The translations under genes were made by a program, and so were the position numbers. Below are positions 61,465 through 64,000 of a stretch of DNA of 64,000 nucleotides, piece by piece (within the stretch, counting starts at the first letter, position 1; every line of letters starts with the position of its first letter). The notes under the pieces were generated by a model. That model had not been told where the DNA came from and did no database searches. It saw only the letters and a program-made list of their open reading frames with translations. This DNA is from an uncultured Gemmatimonadales bacterium (GTDB taxonomy: Bacteria; Gemmatimonadota; Gemmatimonadetes; Gemmatimonadales; Gemmatimonadaceae): NCBI GenBank assembly GCA_963707505.1, contig CAVPQB010000003.1, forward strand, positions 288,001 through 352,000, written 5' to 3'.

Positions 61465-61494
61465 AATCTACGGGTCGGAGAGTCGTGCTGTCAA
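61465..61494 (-). promoter_or_regulatory. Putative sigma70 promoter of purA
   Basis: TTGACA-N18-TAGATT on the minus strand. Confidence 0.6.
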
Positions 61495-63822
61495 CGCTCG
61501 GCGGAAGCCGAGCGGCAGGTCTCGAGCCCGCGCCGCTCGCCGTGCGGCTCGCTACGGATCGGCAGAAAAACGGTAAACGTCGAGCCCTTCCCGTACTCGC
61601 TGCTCCGAGAGTCACGCGGCCGCCCAGCGCGTCGACGAGCTTTCGCGTGATGCTGAGACCAAGGCCCGTCCCGCCGAACTCGCGCGTCCGCGACTGGTCG
61701 ACCTGCCGGAAGTCGTCCCAGATGGCGACTCGAGGTCTTCCTTGCGGATGCCGATGCCCGTATCCGGACGTCCAGCCGAATCGCAGATCCCCTCCCGTTG
61801 CGCCGAGCAGCGTCACGGTTCCCCGTAGTGCGTGAATTTCACCGCGTTGGAGAGCAGGTTGAGCATTATCTGCTTGACCTTGGTGCGGTCGGTGTGCATG
61901 TGCAGCGGCTCATCGGGACCGATCCAGCGGTAGCGTCAGCCCCTTCTTCTTGACCAGCGGCTCGATCTGCAGCGATGACCTCACGTCATCGATGTCCTGC
62001 AGCACGGTGTCGTCGAGGTGCAGCGGCATGCGGCCGGCTTCGATCTTCGCGAGGTCGAGGATGTCATTGATCAGCGCGAGCAGGTGCTGCGCCGCGCGCT
62101 GGATGCGAGTCGAGACCTTCTTCCTGCCGGTCGTTCAGATCGCCGTAGATCCGGTCGAGCATGAGCGCCGTGTAGCCGATCAGCGCGTTGATCGGCGTGC
62201 GCAGCTCGTGCGACATGCTCGCAAGAAATTCCGACTTGAGCCGGTTGGCTTTCTCCAGCTCGCGCGACTGCCATTGCAGGCGGACGTTCTGCTCGGCAAG
62301 ATCGGCGGTCGCCGCGCGCACGCGCGCTTCGAGCTCGTTGCTGAAATTCTTGAGCTCTTCATAAAGCCGCTCGTTCTCCGCCTGCTCCGTGAGATCGTGC
62401 AGCACGGACACGATCGCGAGCGGCTCACCGCGCCGGTCTAGGATCTTTCCGGAGACGACTTCCATCGGAATCGTCGCCGGTTCATTACCGGGCTGGAGCA
62501 GCATCATGTCCTCGCGCCGCGCAGACTCGGGACTCAGGCTGAAATCGGAGATGAACGTCGTGAACTTGGTGTCGTTCGCACGAACCGCCGCGGAGCGATC
62601 GCCGCCCGCGTAGCCGATGTTCGGCGTCGCAGATCCGAACAGCAGCTCGGCCTGCCGGTTCATGAGGATGATGTTGACGCGGTCGTCGGTGACGAGAATC
62701 GGATCGGCAACGTTCGTGAGAATGAGATTGAGACGATCACTCTCGCGCTTTGCCTCGATACTCGGCGAGTCGCACGCGTTGCACCTGGCGCTCGAGCTCG
62801 TTGGCCGCGCGCCGAAGATCCGTCACATCACGCAGCACAGAGACTATCGCGTTGTCGTTCTTCGTCGAGTGGCTGCGTGAGCACCTCGAACAGCAGATCG
62901 GTCCCTTCGTCGGGATCGACCATGTTCAGCTCGCGCGCTTCCGGCAGCGATGTTCGTACGCCGATGGCGCGGCGTCCTTGGAGAGGTGCGACGTGAACAG
63001 CAGGTTGTTGATTTCGACTGCGCGGCGGCGGCCCTCGGAATCGTGCTCGCGCATCGTCAGCAGATGCTCGGCGCGCTGATTCTGCACCACGATCTGCCGC
63101 TCCGCGTTGATGATGACGATCGGATCGGGCAGCGAATTGACGATCGATGTGAGCACTGCGCGCTGGTCCGCCAACTCCTCGGCGCGACCGCGATGCGCGT
63201 CGGCGACGGCGAGCCTGGACAGCATGGGACCGGCGAGCTGCGCCGCGCATGCGATGCGATCCAGAGTAGCCGGAAGCGAATCCATCTCCAGTACAAACAC
63301 GCCATAGGGCGAGACCGCCGCTCGATCCGGCCGCTCGAGCCACGCACGAGATGAGTCGACGGCAGCTATCGAACACGGACTCGATAATCGCCGCTCGGCA
63401 TCTGCACGATCGATGAAACGTGGTGTGTCGATGATGCGAGGCTGCGGAAACGGCACCGCCATGAGCCGCGTGCGGCGCGATATCCCCGAGCGCGGGACGC
63501 CGTGTGCGCATGTGACGACCTGCATGCCAAGCAACGCAACGACGAATGGATCGTTTGGATCGTCCATCGTGCGCGCGGTCGGCGGATCGATATCTTCGTA
63601 GCCGAGCGCGACTGATGGCACGAGCTGGCTTGCCACCATGTCGAGTAGCAGAACGTAGCCGCGGCTCGATCCCACGAGGCCGCAGAATCGCGCGAGCAAC
63701 AATCCAGCTGCCGATCCGAAATCGGAAGACGTTGCTACATCCGCGAGAAGTGATTCCAGCCATGTGGCGGAATCACTCTCGCGAGCATCTACCGTCGTAC
63801 GGTCACGCGCCGAGCTGGTCAA
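61491..63822 (-). CDS. Multi-PAS sensor histidine kinase; many frameshifts, ends approximate
   Basis: GAF-like N-terminus, two PAS starts ([16 protein letters not shown]), SHELRTP, NLLSNA, GGTGLGL. Confidence 0.85.
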
Positions 63823-64000
63823 GGCGACGCCGTAGCTCTGCGTTCTCGATTTGTACGCGTTCGAGCTCGTCGGCCTGCGCCAGCTCGCGCGGACGCGACA
63901 TTGGCTGCGTTATACCGACCGCTTCAGAATACTTCAAATACGTCTCGATCGATGCGACCACGATTCGTGCTTCGACGGTTACCAGGTCGATTCCAACGAG
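63803..64000 (-). CDS. gvpA: Gas vesicle structural protein GvpA family (5' end outside window)
   Basis: Manual translation: [29 protein letters not shown], the GvpA core signature, then [35 protein letters not shown]. Not in the ORF track. Confidence 0.88.
   Translation of the reverse strand, partial: LVGIDLVTVEARIVVASIETYLKYSEAVGITQPMSRPRELAQADELERVQIENAELRRRLDQLGA

Overview
GC-rich, densely coded bacterial chromosomal segment, mostly minus strand. Gene content and order are most consistent with Gemmatimonadota (inference, no database search). Many indel frameshifts, including in essential genes (purA, priA, nrdJ), point to an imperfect long-read or metagenomic consensus rather than true pseudogenes. 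Contents in order: (1) central-carbon cluster tal-pyk-MBL-pgi-fba, then a HisKA-only protein, an HTH-less NtrC-type activator, ytxH and yihY; (2) HEAT-repeat protein plus a GT2 homologue lacking its catalytic motifs; (3) moeZ, thrB, Tat amidase; (4) four-gene ECF sigma module with two CBM48-like glycogen-binding proteins; (5) orphan NorQ/NorD (CbbQ/CbbO) pair and a ClC channel; (6) arsR, arsM-arsN fusion and lplA, with two ATCAA-N6-TTGAT operators; (7) CheB/CheR and CHASE3 histidine kinases; (8) nrdJ and a peptidase-propeller-Omp85 protein; (9) amidase, anmK, murQ, ABC exporter and a two-component pair; (10) priA, epimerase, Zn-ribbon Ser/Thr kinase, internally deleted GvpL/F-like protein, methyltransferase, HDAC, ubiquitin-like protein, M3 peptidase; (11) glyQS, purA, a PAS kinase and the 3' part of a gvpA-like gene at the right edge. 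No rRNA, tRNA, CRISPR array or mobile element was seen. Best candidates for new biology are the ECF/CBM48 module, the gvp genes tied to signalling kinases, the ars-lplA operon and the GT2 pseudoenzyme.
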